Positions 12,592 to 24,769 of a stretch of 47,542 nt of DNA are shown here, piece by piece. The position numbers and the translations under genes were made by a program. The first letter of the stretch is position 1. Every line of letters begins with the position of its first letter. Source of the DNA: Octopus sinensis (Eukaryota); contig NW_021835812.1 in the NCBI RefSeq assembly GCF_006345805.1, positions 1 through 47,542 on the forward strand. The letters are read 5' to 3'. The notes below the pieces were generated by a model. It saw only the letters and a list, made by a program, of their open reading frames with translations. It was not told the origin of the DNA and searched no databases.

Positions 12592-13221
12592 TAGACACAT
12601 GAGATGTCATTTTAGATCTTATATAAACATACATTCGTAATCTATATATATTTCTCTGATCTATTGATCTCTGTTCGATCACCAATTTGTCAATCTGATA
12701 ATTACGGTGTTCACACATTAAATTCAAGTCATCAAACTGATTAGAAACAATTTAATTTTCATTAAACCCGTCTAATTTCTACTTTAAACCAACTTTGTTA
12801 GCAGTTGTCTTTTGAAGTCTATAAACGCCGCCATTGCCAACTCCGCCATCGCCAACTTCTGCTAACTTTTACATCGAAATATTTTAACCGTGTCTGCTGT
12901 ATATCAGCTGAAGTTGTTCCATTCTGTAAGTATAAGGAATCGCCAGAGCGGCAATTTGGTTCGCTAATTGTAATAAATGAGAGATTAATATTACTCTTGT
13001 TGATTACTGTTAATTAAAACACAGCTAAATTAAGTATAGTTAATATTACTAAAATTTCAGCCTGGTACATGAATGGAATAATTCATACGAAATAAAAATG
13101 TTATGATTTTTAAACAAGGGACATTGCATAACACACTGGTACATAAATGAGAATAATATGATTTATATTTTGTCGCATAATATCATAACACAGCAGCGTA
13201 TTGTCATATTATTTATGACGT

Positions 13222-13430
13222 TGGCAACGATCTGGCAGAATCGTTAGCACGCCGGGCAAAATGCTTCGCGGCATTTCGTCTGTCTTCACGTTCTGAGTTC
13301 AAATGCCGCCGAGGTCGACTTTGCCTTTCATCCTTTCGGGGTTGATTAACTAAGTACCTGTTACGTACTGGGGTCGATCTAAACGACTGTCCCCCCCCCC
13401 GAATTTCAGGTCTTGTGCCTAGAGTAGAGA
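13222..13430 (+). mobile_element. SINE family B
   Basis: ggcaacgatctggcagaatcgttagcacgccgggc...gactttgcctttcatcctttcgggg. Confidence 0.85.
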
Positions 13431-13442
13431 GGATTATTTATG

Positions 13443-13650
13443 ATGGTGGCGACAATATGGCGGAATCGTCAGCCGGACAAAATGCTTAGCGGCATTTCGT
13501 CCGTCTTTACGTTCTGAGTTCAAATTCCGCAGCGGTCGACTTTGCCTTTCATCTTTTCGGTGACGGTAAAATAAGGACCAGTTGATCACTGCGGACGATA
13601 TAATCGACTCACCCACCGACCACGAAATTGCTGGCCTTGTCGCAAAATTT
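13443..13650 (+). mobile_element. SINE family B (second tandem copy, more diverged)
   Basis: aaatgcttagcggcatttcg...gagttcaaattccg...gactttgcctttcatc. Confidence 0.8.
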
Positions 13651-14041
13651 GAAACCAATACTGTTGATGACGTAACGTTATATAACGTATTCTTAAATGA
13701 ATTGCTCATACAAGTATTACTCGTCATACACTGTAATTTGTAACGTAATATTATACAATGCTGTGATGTATAACCTACCATCATGTAATGTAGTAATGTG
13801 ATAGAAAGTGATATATAGACTGCAATGTATAACGAAGTTTTATACAATGTCACAATGTATAACATAGTAGTTTAAAATGTAGTAATATCTAACGAGGTAT
13901 TTTACAACATAGTTATGTATGGCGTTGTATGATATATCAAGTGTTATGTATAACACAGTAGTATAAGATTCCGTATTGCTACTGTTTACATCTTGCTCAG
14001 AGATTTAACATAGTATATATATATATATATATATATATAAC

Positions 14042-14240
14042 GGGAACGTTTACGAAAATAAACAAAAGACGAAGGCAGGTGGAGTACAAACAAACAATTG
14101 TATTAGTATGGCGCTCATGAATAGAAATAAAACAAGTCTTTTACGTTTCGAGCCTACGCTCTTCGACAGAAAGATACACAGAAAAAAAATAAGGAGAGAA
14201 ACAAGGAGAGAAAAAAATGCGTGTAGGAGCTAACGATCCA
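14042..14240 (-). mobile_element. PLE-like terminal-repeat fragment with minimal hammerhead-like module (14137-14174), 3' end at (AT)n
   Basis: Minus strand TCTTT-CTGTCGA-A-GAGC-GTAG-GCTC-GAAA-CG-TA-AAAGA; 5-bp stem I, 4-bp stem II, ACGU palindrome. Confidence 0.7.
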
Positions 14241-14250
14241 AAATATATAT

Positions 14251-14559
14251 ATAACATATAAAATAAGGGCAAAAGATAAGTTCTAATGCGAAATATGCCG
14301 AAAAAGACAAAATTGTCAATAACCATTATAATGGGTATGAGTAAGTATTTCATTTATTTCTTACGTATTTATCACTGAGGAGGGAAAAATTCTTAAGAAT
14401 TAACCCCGAAACTGGGACCAATACGGTAATAACGGATGTTTTTAGAAATTTCTATCGGCTTGTTTCGAGACGCTTAAATTATAATGGTTATTGACAATTT
14501 TGTCTTTTTCGGCATAGTTGGCATTTGAATTTTTCTTTTGCCCTTATTTCATATGTTAT
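14251..14559. repeat. Inverted repeat (arms 14251-14332 and 14478-14559) with partial hammerhead-like core in the spacer
   Basis: aaataagggcaaaag...tatgccgaaaaagacaaaattgtcaataaccattataat versus its reverse complement; CTGAGGA-GGG...CCCC-GAAAC at 14375-14412. Confidence 0.8.
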
Positions 14560-14646
14560 TTATAAATTTTATCTTTAAAGGTATTTTTTGATATGCTGGC
14601 CATTGGTAGAATTTTTTTTTCGAAAACAATTTTATCCTACATTAGT

Positions 14647-14702
<56 letters not shown>

Positions 14703-14896
14703 AATTGAAAAGATTTCATAATTACTCAATATATTGTTTTGTTTTCCACTTCTTATTTATATTTATATATTAATAAACTGTGTTTATTTTTTATTTACCT
14801 GTTAGAATAACATTGCTACTGATATAAGTAATGAAAACCAGTAAATATTTCGGATATTAAATATCTCTTAGGTGGTTTTTACACGTAGCAATATTG

Positions 14897-14960
<64 letters not shown>

Positions 14961-15039
14961 CAAGGAAAATGCCACTTGTATTTGAACACTATACAATTAT
15001 TCTTTTAAAAAAACTTTTCTTTTAATTTTTCTAAATTTA

Positions 15040-15135
15040 ATTATGTAATTGTTACAGTTGAAAAAGTCTCAATGACTGAAACCGGTACTGAAATGTTTTT
15101 TATAAAATTATTTTAGCATTTTCTATCTTGACTTT
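15040..15135 (+). mobile_element. PLE-like 3' fragment with degenerate hammerhead-like module (15055-15090), ending in (AT)n
   Basis: CAG-TTGAAAA-AGTC-TCAAT-GACT-GAAA-CCG-GTA-CTG; ACCGGT palindrome; two substitutions versus CTGAAGA. Confidence 0.4.
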
Positions 15136-15203
15136 ATATATATATATATGTTTAAATATTTGTTGTGCAAGATTTTTTTATGTGAAGTCGTGTGTTGAAA
15201 CAG

Positions 15204-15610
15204 ATATTGTTATATTTCGGAATGGTCATTTTGCCAGTTTAGCCAATAAAAACACACGTACTATATATTTGGTGTTACTTTGCTTCAGTGTTATTTATTT
15301 TTTACATTAATCTTAATCTTATTTCGGCCAGAGTTCTTTCGTCACATTCCTGTGACCGCATCAGTGGTCGTTTGTTTTCTTCTCACTTATTTGTGTCTCT
15401 CCTTACTAACGGTTAGTAAGGAGAGACACAAATAAGTGAGAAGAAAACAAAGGACCACTGATGCGGTCACAGGAGTGTGACGAAAGAACTCTGGCCGAAA
15501 TAAGATTAAGATTAATGTAAAAAATAAATAACACTGAAGCAAAGTAACACCAAATATATGGTGCGTGTGTTTTTATTGGCTAAACTGGCAAAATGACCAT
15601 TCCGAAATAT

Positions 15611-15618
<8 letters not shown>
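15204..15618. repeat. Near-perfect 415-bp palindrome (207-bp arms, 1-nt centre at 15411), each arm with a hammerhead-like module
   Basis: Centre cttactaac-g-gttagtaag; 4 arm differences counted by eye; modules at 15325-15370 (-) and 15452-15497 (+); right end runs into (AT)n. Confidence 0.95.
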
Positions 15619-15687
<69 letters not shown>

Positions 15688-15697
15688 CATACATACA

Positions 15698-15733
<36 letters not shown>

Positions 15734-15902
15734 TATTATATATATATTATATATATACATATATATATAATAAAATAAATAAATAAAATATTTGCATATA
15801 TACATACATATATGTACATACTTACATCTGCATGTATATTACATGCATATTTATTATATTATTATATGACCGAACGCACGCGTTATTTCTCTTCTCCAAG
15901 TA

Positions 15903-15983
<81 letters not shown>

Positions 15984-16223
15984 AGTTCAGCAGCAATTTA
16001 GATTCAAATGAATATGGTACTTAATTTAGATCCCCCAGAATTTTGTATGGTGTTACCCATAAAAATTTGCGGGGTGATTATAATAAAAAATAAGCAACAA
16101 GAATGACTCCGGTAATTTGGTACAATTGTTTCGCACTACAACATTTTATTTAAAGTTATAAGTATTACAGCAGATTTAAGATGCTGAGTGCTCTTCAGCC
16201 AATTATATAGGTGTATATATATA

Positions 16224-16299
<76 letters not shown>

Positions 16300-16304
<5 letters not shown>

Positions 16305-16669
16305 GAATTCTGTCTGTAGGTGGTGTATTTGTGGAGTTGTTAACTAGCTCCTCCTACATCGTTTTAATCGATTTTGATGAAACGTGACACGTGAGTAGAA
16401 CTCGTGTCTGGAAACCTCATGGCAGACTCAGATTGTTGAAAAAAAATCCCTGGAAGGGATACTTATATATAGACTAGGGAAATAACCAATTCATTTTCCG
16501 AAATTATTTGGTACAAAGGAAATTGAGTATGCTTATTTCTTAGTATTTGAACTGTTAGAGTTATTTTTGCAATTTATCCAGTACAACCCTTAAACAAGTA
16601 AATAGTATTTTCTCAAGAATAGATCCAATTATTTCGGTTAGTGATTATTCATGAATATACCAATACTAG
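16300..16669 (+). mobile_element. Possible non-autonomous Helitron-like element starting in (AT)n
   Basis: gggaattctgtctg...ctcctcctacatcgttttaatcgattttgatgaaac resembles common Helitron-N 5' motifs (recalled); CTAG at 16666-16669. Confidence 0.3.
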
Positions 16670-16687
16670 CGCCCCTGGGGGTAATAT

Positions 16688-16851
16688 ACAACGGGCTTCT
16701 TTCAATTTCCGTCTACGAAATCCACTCACAAGGCTTTATTCGGCCCGAGGCTATAGTAGAAGACACTTGCTCAAGGTGCCTCGCAGTGGGACTGAACTCG
16801 AAACCATGTGGTTAGGAAGCAAGCTTCTTACCACACAGCCTCTCCTGAGCC
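16688..16851 (-). mobile_element. SINE family A, 5' half
   Basis: Reverse complement of head: cgggcttctttc...gaagacacttgctcaaggtgcc...cttaccacacagcc. Confidence 0.85.
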
Positions 16852-17553
16852 GTTTAATTCCTTTGTATCATTTCTGTGTAAATCCACTCATGATTTACAA
16901 TATGAGCGTCAAGATATTTCCTTCCCAAAGCTGTTGTTCCAGGTTTTACCACATTGTACGGTAAATTGGGGTGACTTTCTTTTCTCCTTAACTCAGGATG
17001 ATCGACCATTTGAAAGGAAAACAATTACTAACTAGACAGGAACTAAGCTAAACATCATATCCAATATATATATATCTGTCTGTCTGTCTCTCCGTCTCTC
17101 TGCTATTGAAAATAGTTCTCTAAATTTTTATCTTTACATTTCATATCAGCATAAACGACCAAATCTGACCCAGAGTTTCCTTCGGTTTTCCTTGATAAAG
17201 TCCTCCAAACAATCTTTCCCTTTTCTTTACTTTTTTGCGTCTCCACATCACTATATTAAATAATACAACTAAGCCTAACGTAAGTATTTGGTGTTGTTCT
17301 AAATCGGAGCAAATTCGTGGTTCTCAACCTCAGACAGACAGAATAGGTTAGACACATCACAAATTGGGATACTTGAATATGGCATGGATGAGACGTGACA
17401 TAGTTGGGACGTGACACAGATAAGACGTGATTCTTGATGTTTTTAGAAAAAACTCTTCGCCCACGACAGAAATATACAGAGACGCTAACAGATGTAATAG
17501 CACAGTTTGCATACTTTATAATCAATTCTATCTATCTATCTATCTATCTATCT

Positions 17554-18415
17554 GCGTGACAATATTGACGATAGACTCAAGCTGATAACCGACTCCGTCC
17601 CACACGTGACAGCAGTTGTTCGACATAAGCCCACAGGTCGGAATTGTTCGTTCAGTGTCCAACTTTCCGACCTGGGGCTTATGTCGACACTGCTGTCACG
17701 TGTGGGACGAGTCGGTTTATCAGCGAGTCTATCGTCAATATTGTCACGCCTCCTTCCTTCAAACGGAAGGAAGATCTATTTTCATCATCCTTGTGGCTAT
17801 GCGAAAGAATGTATCTGGTGACGCGTCTGAAAGGATTGGAGACAAACACTTTCCTCTCTGGTCATCTCTCATCACTTCTTCAGTCCCTTGAAAAGGAAGT
17901 GAGAGTAGAGAGGCAAGTTTTTCTAGCGAATGTTTTAAAAAAAGATGGGTGAATGTAGCAAGAATGGCACTTATGAATGACGAAGCCACCTTGAGCATAG
18001 TCCTATGAACCCAGAAATCGAAAACAGAGAGTTTGCTTATTTGCAAAAAAAAAAAAAAAAAAAAAGAAATATAAATGTGACTTCATTGACCGAGGTTACC
18101 GTGGTCTTTTTCGCAGCTTTTTCTTTCCACGGGTAAACCTCACCTGTCCTCCCTTTACACTTCATATTGACATTTCTGTGATAACGATCCATTGATCATT
18201 TTTTTTTCCTCTCCCCCCCTTTTTTTTTTTTTTTTTTTTTTTAACCCCCCTTATTTTTGTCCTCTTTCTCATCCTTTTACGATCCTTTTGATCGAACCTC
18301 CCCCTTCCCTTTTTTTTTTTATTATTTATTTTTTTTTTTTTTTAATACCTTCAAAAAAAGGCTCTACTTGTATTTGTTCTATCTGTGTGCAGCCCTGTGT
18401 GGCTAATAAAGAACA
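17554..18415 (+). mobile_element. 5'-truncated L1/Tx1-like LINE: ORF2 C-terminal remnant, 3' UTR and AATAAA; 5' end has an inverted duplication; sits in (TATC)n
   Basis: Frameshifted translation LLSRVGRVGLS..ESIVNIVTPPSF..RSIFIILVAM..TRLKGLETNTFLSG..VRVERQVF..WVNVARMALMNDEATLSIVL* (stop 18006-18008); AATAAA 18405-18410; (TATC)n both sides. Clade assignment from recalled sequence similarity. Confidence 0.6.
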
Positions 18416-18416
18416 T

Positions 18417-18433
18417 ATCTCTCTCTATCTATC

Positions 18434-18476
<43 letters not shown>

Positions 18477-18574
18477 GTCTGTCTGTCTGTCTGTCTGTCT
18501 TTCTGGTTTTCTTTCTCTCTCTATCTATCTATCTGTCTATTTTTCTGTCTGTCTGTCTGTCTATCTATCTATCC

Positions 18575-18618
<44 letters not shown>

Positions 18619-18675
18619 GTCTGTCTGTCTATCTTTCTGGTTTTCTTTCTCTCTCTATCTATCTATCTGTCTATT

Positions 18676-18708
<33 letters not shown>

Positions 18709-18736
18709 GTCTATCTATCTCTCTATCTATCTATCT
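18417..18736. repeat. (TATC)n/(TCTG)n compound microsatellite with internal ~60-110 nt higher-order duplication
   Basis: tttctggttttctttctctctctatc occurs at about 18500 and 18634. Confidence 0.9.
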
Positions 18737-19194
18737 ACCATTTCTGTACATACATACGCAGTATATAAGTGTATGTGTGTGTATGCGTGTGTGTGTGTTT
18801 GTGTATGTGAGCGTGGGGGCGTGGGTGAAGACGCTTGGCCTAGAAGTTAGGCTGTTGCACTCACCATCGCTAAATTTTGGGTTCCATTCGCAGACCGGGT
18901 GGCGCTTTGTCTTGTTGATCAAAACATTACATTTCACGTTACTCAGCGGGTGCGAGAGAGGCAAAATCGTTGGTGTGTCCGGCTCTCAACATTCTGAGTT
19001 CAAATCCCACTTACCTAGGATGCTAGTTTTCATCCCAAATCTTGTCATAGTAACCGATGTTCCAGTAGTCTTAGAGCAGCAGAGGCGGGTACGGGCCCTC
19101 CAGGGTCGTATAGAGGGTGCTGGTGAAAGTTCACATGCCCAAGGGAGGACCACTGCTAGGGTAAATGTGCGTATGTACGTATGTATGTATGTAT

Positions 19195-19410
19195 TCTTTT
19201 ATTCGTTTCAGTCAATTGACTGTGGCCATGCTGGAGCACCCGCCTTTACTCGAACAAATCGACCCCAGAACTTATTCTTTGTAAGCCTAGTACTTATTCT
19301 ATCGGTCGTTCTTGTCCCACCGCTAAGTTACGGGGGACATAAACACACCAGCATAGGTTGTCAAGTGATGTAGGGACACACACACACACCACACACACAC
19401 ACACACACAC

Positions 19411-19445
<35 letters not shown>

Positions 19446-19610
19446 GATGGGCTTCTTTCAGTTTCCGTCTACCAAATCCACTAACAAGCCTTTGGTCGAC
19501 CCGAGGCTATAGAAGAAGACACTTGCCCAAGGTGCTACGCAGTGAGACTGAACCCAGAACCATGTTGTTGGGAAGCAAGCTACTTACCACATAGAAAATC
19601 CTGCGCCTCT
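19195..19610 (-). mobile_element. SINE family A, full length
   Basis: Tail tttcagtcaattgactgtggccatgctggagcacc; internal (CA)/(AT); head ...cttaccac...cctgcgcct. Confidence 0.9.
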
Positions 19611-19699
19611 GTATGTGGATAATATGTATATGGATATATATCCATTATCCGATGAAACGCTTTACTGGTAGCACCAAGAGCCACAACCGTTTATAGCAT

Positions 19700-19830
19700 G
19701 CGAACTACGAAACATCTGAAATTATTTAATCGACCCCGAAAGGATGAACAGCAAGGTCGACGTCAGCGGAATTTGAACTCAGAACGTAAAGACGGACGAA
19801 ATGTCGGTAAGCATTTTGTACCAGTTCGCC
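19700..19830 (-). mobile_element. SINE family B, partial
   Basis: atcgaccccgaaaggatgaa...gaatttgaactcagaacgtaaagacggacgaaatg. Confidence 0.75.
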
Positions 19831-20228
19831 CCCTTAATAAAACTATTGATGCTGCGTGTAAATATATGGCGATGCACACAAGAAAATAGATCTCGAATCC
19901 TGGGTAAATGTATGTATATTTTATTATCAGTCAGTCGTATAATTTACACAGTGACTCAAGGACCCGCAGTTTCGTGTATTCACTGTGAACAGATTTGATA
20001 AGTGCTAACGAAACTCTGAGCTCTTGAATCATACCGTAACTTATGTAGATTATTTATCAAATGCATGTGTGTTTGTGCGTGTGTGCATATATATATATAT
20101 ATATATGATATATATATATATATTTCTTTTTCTAGTTTTCAGTCAGCTCAGAGCTGCGGCCATGGTGATGCACCCGCCGTTTATATTTATATATATATTT
20201 ATATTTTTATATATATATTTATACATAC

Positions 20229-20322
<94 letters not shown>

Positions 20323-21076
20323 GAGGTAGAGATAGATAAAGTAATAGATACATAGATGTGTAAACAGAGACAGGGAGAAAAAGAGAGAGAGGGGGAAAAG
20401 GAGAGAGAGAGAGAGAAAGGGGATTAGAGAAGGGGAGAGATATGTATCTAATGATACATACCCAGACATCCCCCACCCATATATATAAGTAAATAGTTTA
20501 TTTTCGAAGGCCATTTTTGTCCAACATTTTCTCCCACCAACTGCAACCGGATCCGATACCACAACAGAATTGCATTAAATGTGTATAATACGTCCGTAAT
20601 AAAACGTAATAAAAACATAATGAAGAAATTTTTGATAATAAATCTCTGCCTGGTTTCCTCTTTAATTTCTCTGCTATTTCTTCTCGTAATATTTATTTCT
20701 GTGTGTGGAGGCTGGCAGAATATAATCGCAGAAACAGGTAGGCTATTTATTTCGTGATATTTCTCTTGTATCTACAGTTCCGTAATCAACTAGGAACTTC
20801 TAATCAACTACATTAAAAATAATAAGAATAATTAAAGCAGGCATAACTGATCCAATTAAAATAATTAGCCGACGGTCTTAAAGGCAATTTTAATTTATGT
20901 TTTTTTTATAAAGACTGTGGTTACGTAGTACAATAGATTACAGATTTATTAACTTTGTTGCCCATTCTAATCAATTAGTCAAACAGCTGCAATTTTCATT
21001 TACTCGGCTTAACAAATATCTTGCTGCAGTTTTAGTTTCTCGTTTCGTATGCATTTTTTACACACACACACACACG

Positions 21077-21162
21077 TATGTATGTATGTATGTATGTATG
21101 TATGTATGTATGTATGTATGTATGTATGTATGTATGTATGTATGTATGTATGTATGTATGTG
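21077..21162. repeat. (TATG)n microsatellite
   Basis: Direct inspection. Confidence 0.95.
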
Positions 21163-22314
21163 TTTGTTTTTTTTCTGTTTTTCCTTCAATTCGTAAATGA
21201 GATTGACAGATCTTCATAAATGAGGAAACCAGTTTTTGGAATTACAAGAGAAACATTTAACTTCTGTAGACTGCGATGTGATGGAAGTTACGCCGTTGCC
21301 AACATTCGTGAATCGAGTTGGGTTTTCGTTTCTTTTTTTTTTTTCACTTTATTTTATTCTTTTCTTAAAAAAAACAAACAAAAACAAGTAAAGATAACAA
21401 AAAAAAAACAACAGAAAAAATACGAGCTGAGAAACATTTTGGCCGTCACTGTAATCTTTTTTTTTCTCTCTCTCTCGTTAAGCCTTGTATTTTCAGTAGA
21501 GTTATAGTTTTTTTAGTGAGAGCCATGACTGGAGCGAATGAGAGTAGGGATTAAATCTGAAGTGTTTTTAATCAAGGAGTTTCGTTCATGTGTTCATACT
21601 TCTCTATTATTTATGGAAGCCGAAAAAAAATAAAGAATATTATAAATACATCCAACAAATATGAAGTAATTATAAAAGTTATTTTGATAGAAACACTTAA
21701 ATTCCGAATTTCATCTGAAATTGAATGGTTGTATTGCGGCTGGGGTTGAGGAATTTAATCTAGAAATCTTTTCATGCATGCCTTTTCCCAAATACCAGGA
21801 GTTTATTTCTTTTTATTTTTCTATTATGTTTTGTTTTTGCTTCGGGAATTTAAAGGTGTTGAGAAATATATATCCGAAGATTAAATTAAAGGAGTCATCT
21901 ATTAACGATGACCTTTGGGTTAATGTCCGAAAGCCTGAACAAATAAATTTGACCTTGAATGAATTTTTCAAGCAACTAGAAAACATATAGGGAAATCTCT
22001 TCTAAAATACATACCGTTGGCTTGAAGACAGAAACGACACATATTCATCGAAAGGCGGTGTAGCCACGACAGGAATGAATGTAATTTGTAACAGTAACTA
22101 ACGTTGCATTTGGTCGTTTGTGCGGTACAATAGTGTTTCTGTGACCACCACTGTTGACTCTGAAATAAGCAACTGTTCCAAACTGAAAAGAGAGAAACGA
22201 ACTTTGGAACATCTCATCGCACCGAATAGCGGCCTTACTGGGAAGATTAAACGGGTTTGTCGAACTAACTTCAAGTTGACGCTCGGCTATAAAACACTCT
22301 TACCACTTAGTCGT

Positions 22315-22408
22315 AAGATGGACGGCTGTGTCCGTAATCTTTACAAGATGGACGGCTGAGTTCATATTCTTTACAAGTTGGACGGCTGTGTCCATGATTT
22401 TTACAAGA
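22315..22408. repeat. 30-bp tandem repeat, about 3 copies
   Basis: aag(a/t)tggacggctg at 22315, 22345, 22375. Confidence 0.9.
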
Positions 22409-23229
22409 CGCCTGAAACTTGCTGAGGAATTTCATAATGGAATATTTTATGAGTGAAAGAAATTAAAGCTGATCTCGATCCTCCTTTGAGCTATCGATGT
22501 AAAGGGGAGAAAGTTAGTACCACAAATAATATCCCCCAACACATACAGATGACTCAAAAGACAATTGGCCACGATCATCTTTTCTTATAAATGAAAACAT
22601 TAATTTTTATTTGAGGTAAAATATAGAATTCATCAAAGAAAGAATGGTACGATGGCAAATCCAGAACTGAGACGAATGTATTTTTTTACTTTTATTTTTA
22701 TTTCAATATTTACACGGTTGTTGATTTGGCAACGTTCCATTCTTTGAATAAATTAACACTGTCGTTCTCTCTGTTTTTCCTCCCTCTCCATACACTGTAA
22801 TACACACACACATATATACACACACACGCGCGCGCACACACGTACAGGTATATATTTATATATGTACGTATATTGTACGTGTTTTGTGTTGTCTTTGATG
22901 TAAGACATCATACTGTAATATCTACATATTTGTAGCCCCATGACGATAGTTTAAGCTGTATGCTAAAAGAGAAGTATCAGTAGGGAGATGTGTCAAGGAA
23001 ATTTCTGTCGCAGCAGGAAGCCAATTAACCGGGCAACAGAGACGACGCCACTCTGACTGCAGCTTACTCCAGCATTCTCCTGTCTTTTGACGACTTCACA
23101 CAACAATCATTTCCTCACAAATCTAAACTCGCTTCTGAAAAGGTTAAAGCAAAACCTATTAAGATTTTATGCATATATATATATATAGAGAGAGATAGAT
23201 AGATAGATAGATATAGATATATATATACA

Positions 23230-23410
23230 GGTGCAAGCGTAGTTGTGATGTTCAGAAGGTTGCTGCCCAACCACGTGGGCGTGAGTTCAGTCTCACTGCT
23301 CGCCACTTTGCATATATGACACCTACTATACATCCGGACCAACAAAAGCCATGTCAGTAGATTGCATAGATCGAATAAAAGGAAACTGAAAAAAGCTCGT
23401 CGTATATATA
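23230..23410 (+). mobile_element. Degenerate SINE family A head
   Basis: ccaaccacgtgggcgtgagttcagtctcactg...ggaaactgaaaaaagctcgtcgtata. Confidence 0.65.
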
Positions 23411-23522
23411 TACATATACATTATATATACATATATTATACATACATACATATACATGCCACACATTCACACATATGGATGTTACATATACATCATATAT
23501 ATATATATATATATATAGTATA

Positions 23523-23553
<31 letters not shown>

Positions 23554-24132
23554 CGGCAAATAAATAATGTATTCAAAAACGACATACATCAGCCGGTAGA
23601 CTTCTAGTATGTCTATTTATTCCAAAGTATTAGAAAGTATTACAAGAATACATAGACATGTAATAACCATGTATTACATACACATGTACTAATGTTACAG
23701 AAAAGAGCAAAATATCAGATTGTTAATGGGTGCTAGTTCCTTACGGCCGTTTCTGCTAAGGGGCAACGAAATCTTCCATGCCATCTCCATCTCTTCACTG
23801 TTCCGTAGGGATGGGCAGATAAAGTTTGGACGATGAGTGTTCCTCTAGGCTTCTTCAGAGGGTCTAAGTGGTTGGGAGAGCTACTACATATAAGAAGCAG
23901 ATAACAACTGGTACAATGTGTTTTTTTTTTTGAAAAGGGCAAAAAAAGAATATAAGTAAGAATAAGAATAATAATAAGAAAAAGGTTAGTTTATTTATGA
24001 TCTAACGCTTCAGAAAAAGGGATTGACAGAATAAGTGCTCGACTTAGAATTATTTGCGTGGCCGTAGTTCAATGACTGAAGCAAGTGAAGGATAAAAGAT
24101 ACACACACACATAAATATGTACGTATGTATAT

Positions 24133-24176
<44 letters not shown>

Positions 24177-24213
24177 TATGTACGTATGTATATATATGCA
24201 TATATATTATCTG

Positions 24214-24247
<34 letters not shown>

Positions 24248-24322
24248 TGTATATATGTAAGGTATGTATGTATGTATGTATATATATAATTATATATATA
24301 TAATATATATATATATTATATA

Positions 24323-24386
<64 letters not shown>

Positions 24387-24769
24387 TTATAGCGTCCGTT
24401 GCAAAAATAGCCGATGAAAATGCCCCGAAGCTTTAAGCTCCGGCATTTGAAACTCTGAGTTCTATTATGGCAACTTATTCATTGTCCTATACTATATATA
24501 TATATATACGTATGTACGAGTTCTGATGAATAAATATCCGGACTGTTGCCATAATAGCGAAGCTAGAGCACACAGAGTGAAGCAGCATGGCACAGATTGA
24601 CCTTGGATTCTGTTGTGCATGTACACTAAGCTTTAACGCCCTAGCCCACTTCCGCTATTTACAGCAATGCTTGGCAGGAACGTGTGTAACGTGTGATCAT
24701 TGTATTGACCAGGGCAGAGAAAGTTGTCATGGCGATACCTGCTGAGAGGTCTGCGCAACGTTACAGAAA

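Noticed and set aside
17554-17749. Hairpin as pre-miRNA or MITE
   Set aside because: Both arms translate to the adjacent LINE ORF2 peptide, so it is an inverted duplication of the LINE 5' junction
19020-19170. GC-richer segment as a coding exon
   Set aside because: No recognisable peptide in any frame and no convincing acceptor site
2441-22330. Partial matches to conserved miRNA 5' ends (ttattgctt at about 2450, tggacgg at about 22319)
   Set aside because: Only seed-length matches, with no full mature sequence or precursor hairpin
22315-22408. CRISPR-like array
   Set aside because: Eukaryotic context, no unique spacers, no cas genes; plain tandem repeat
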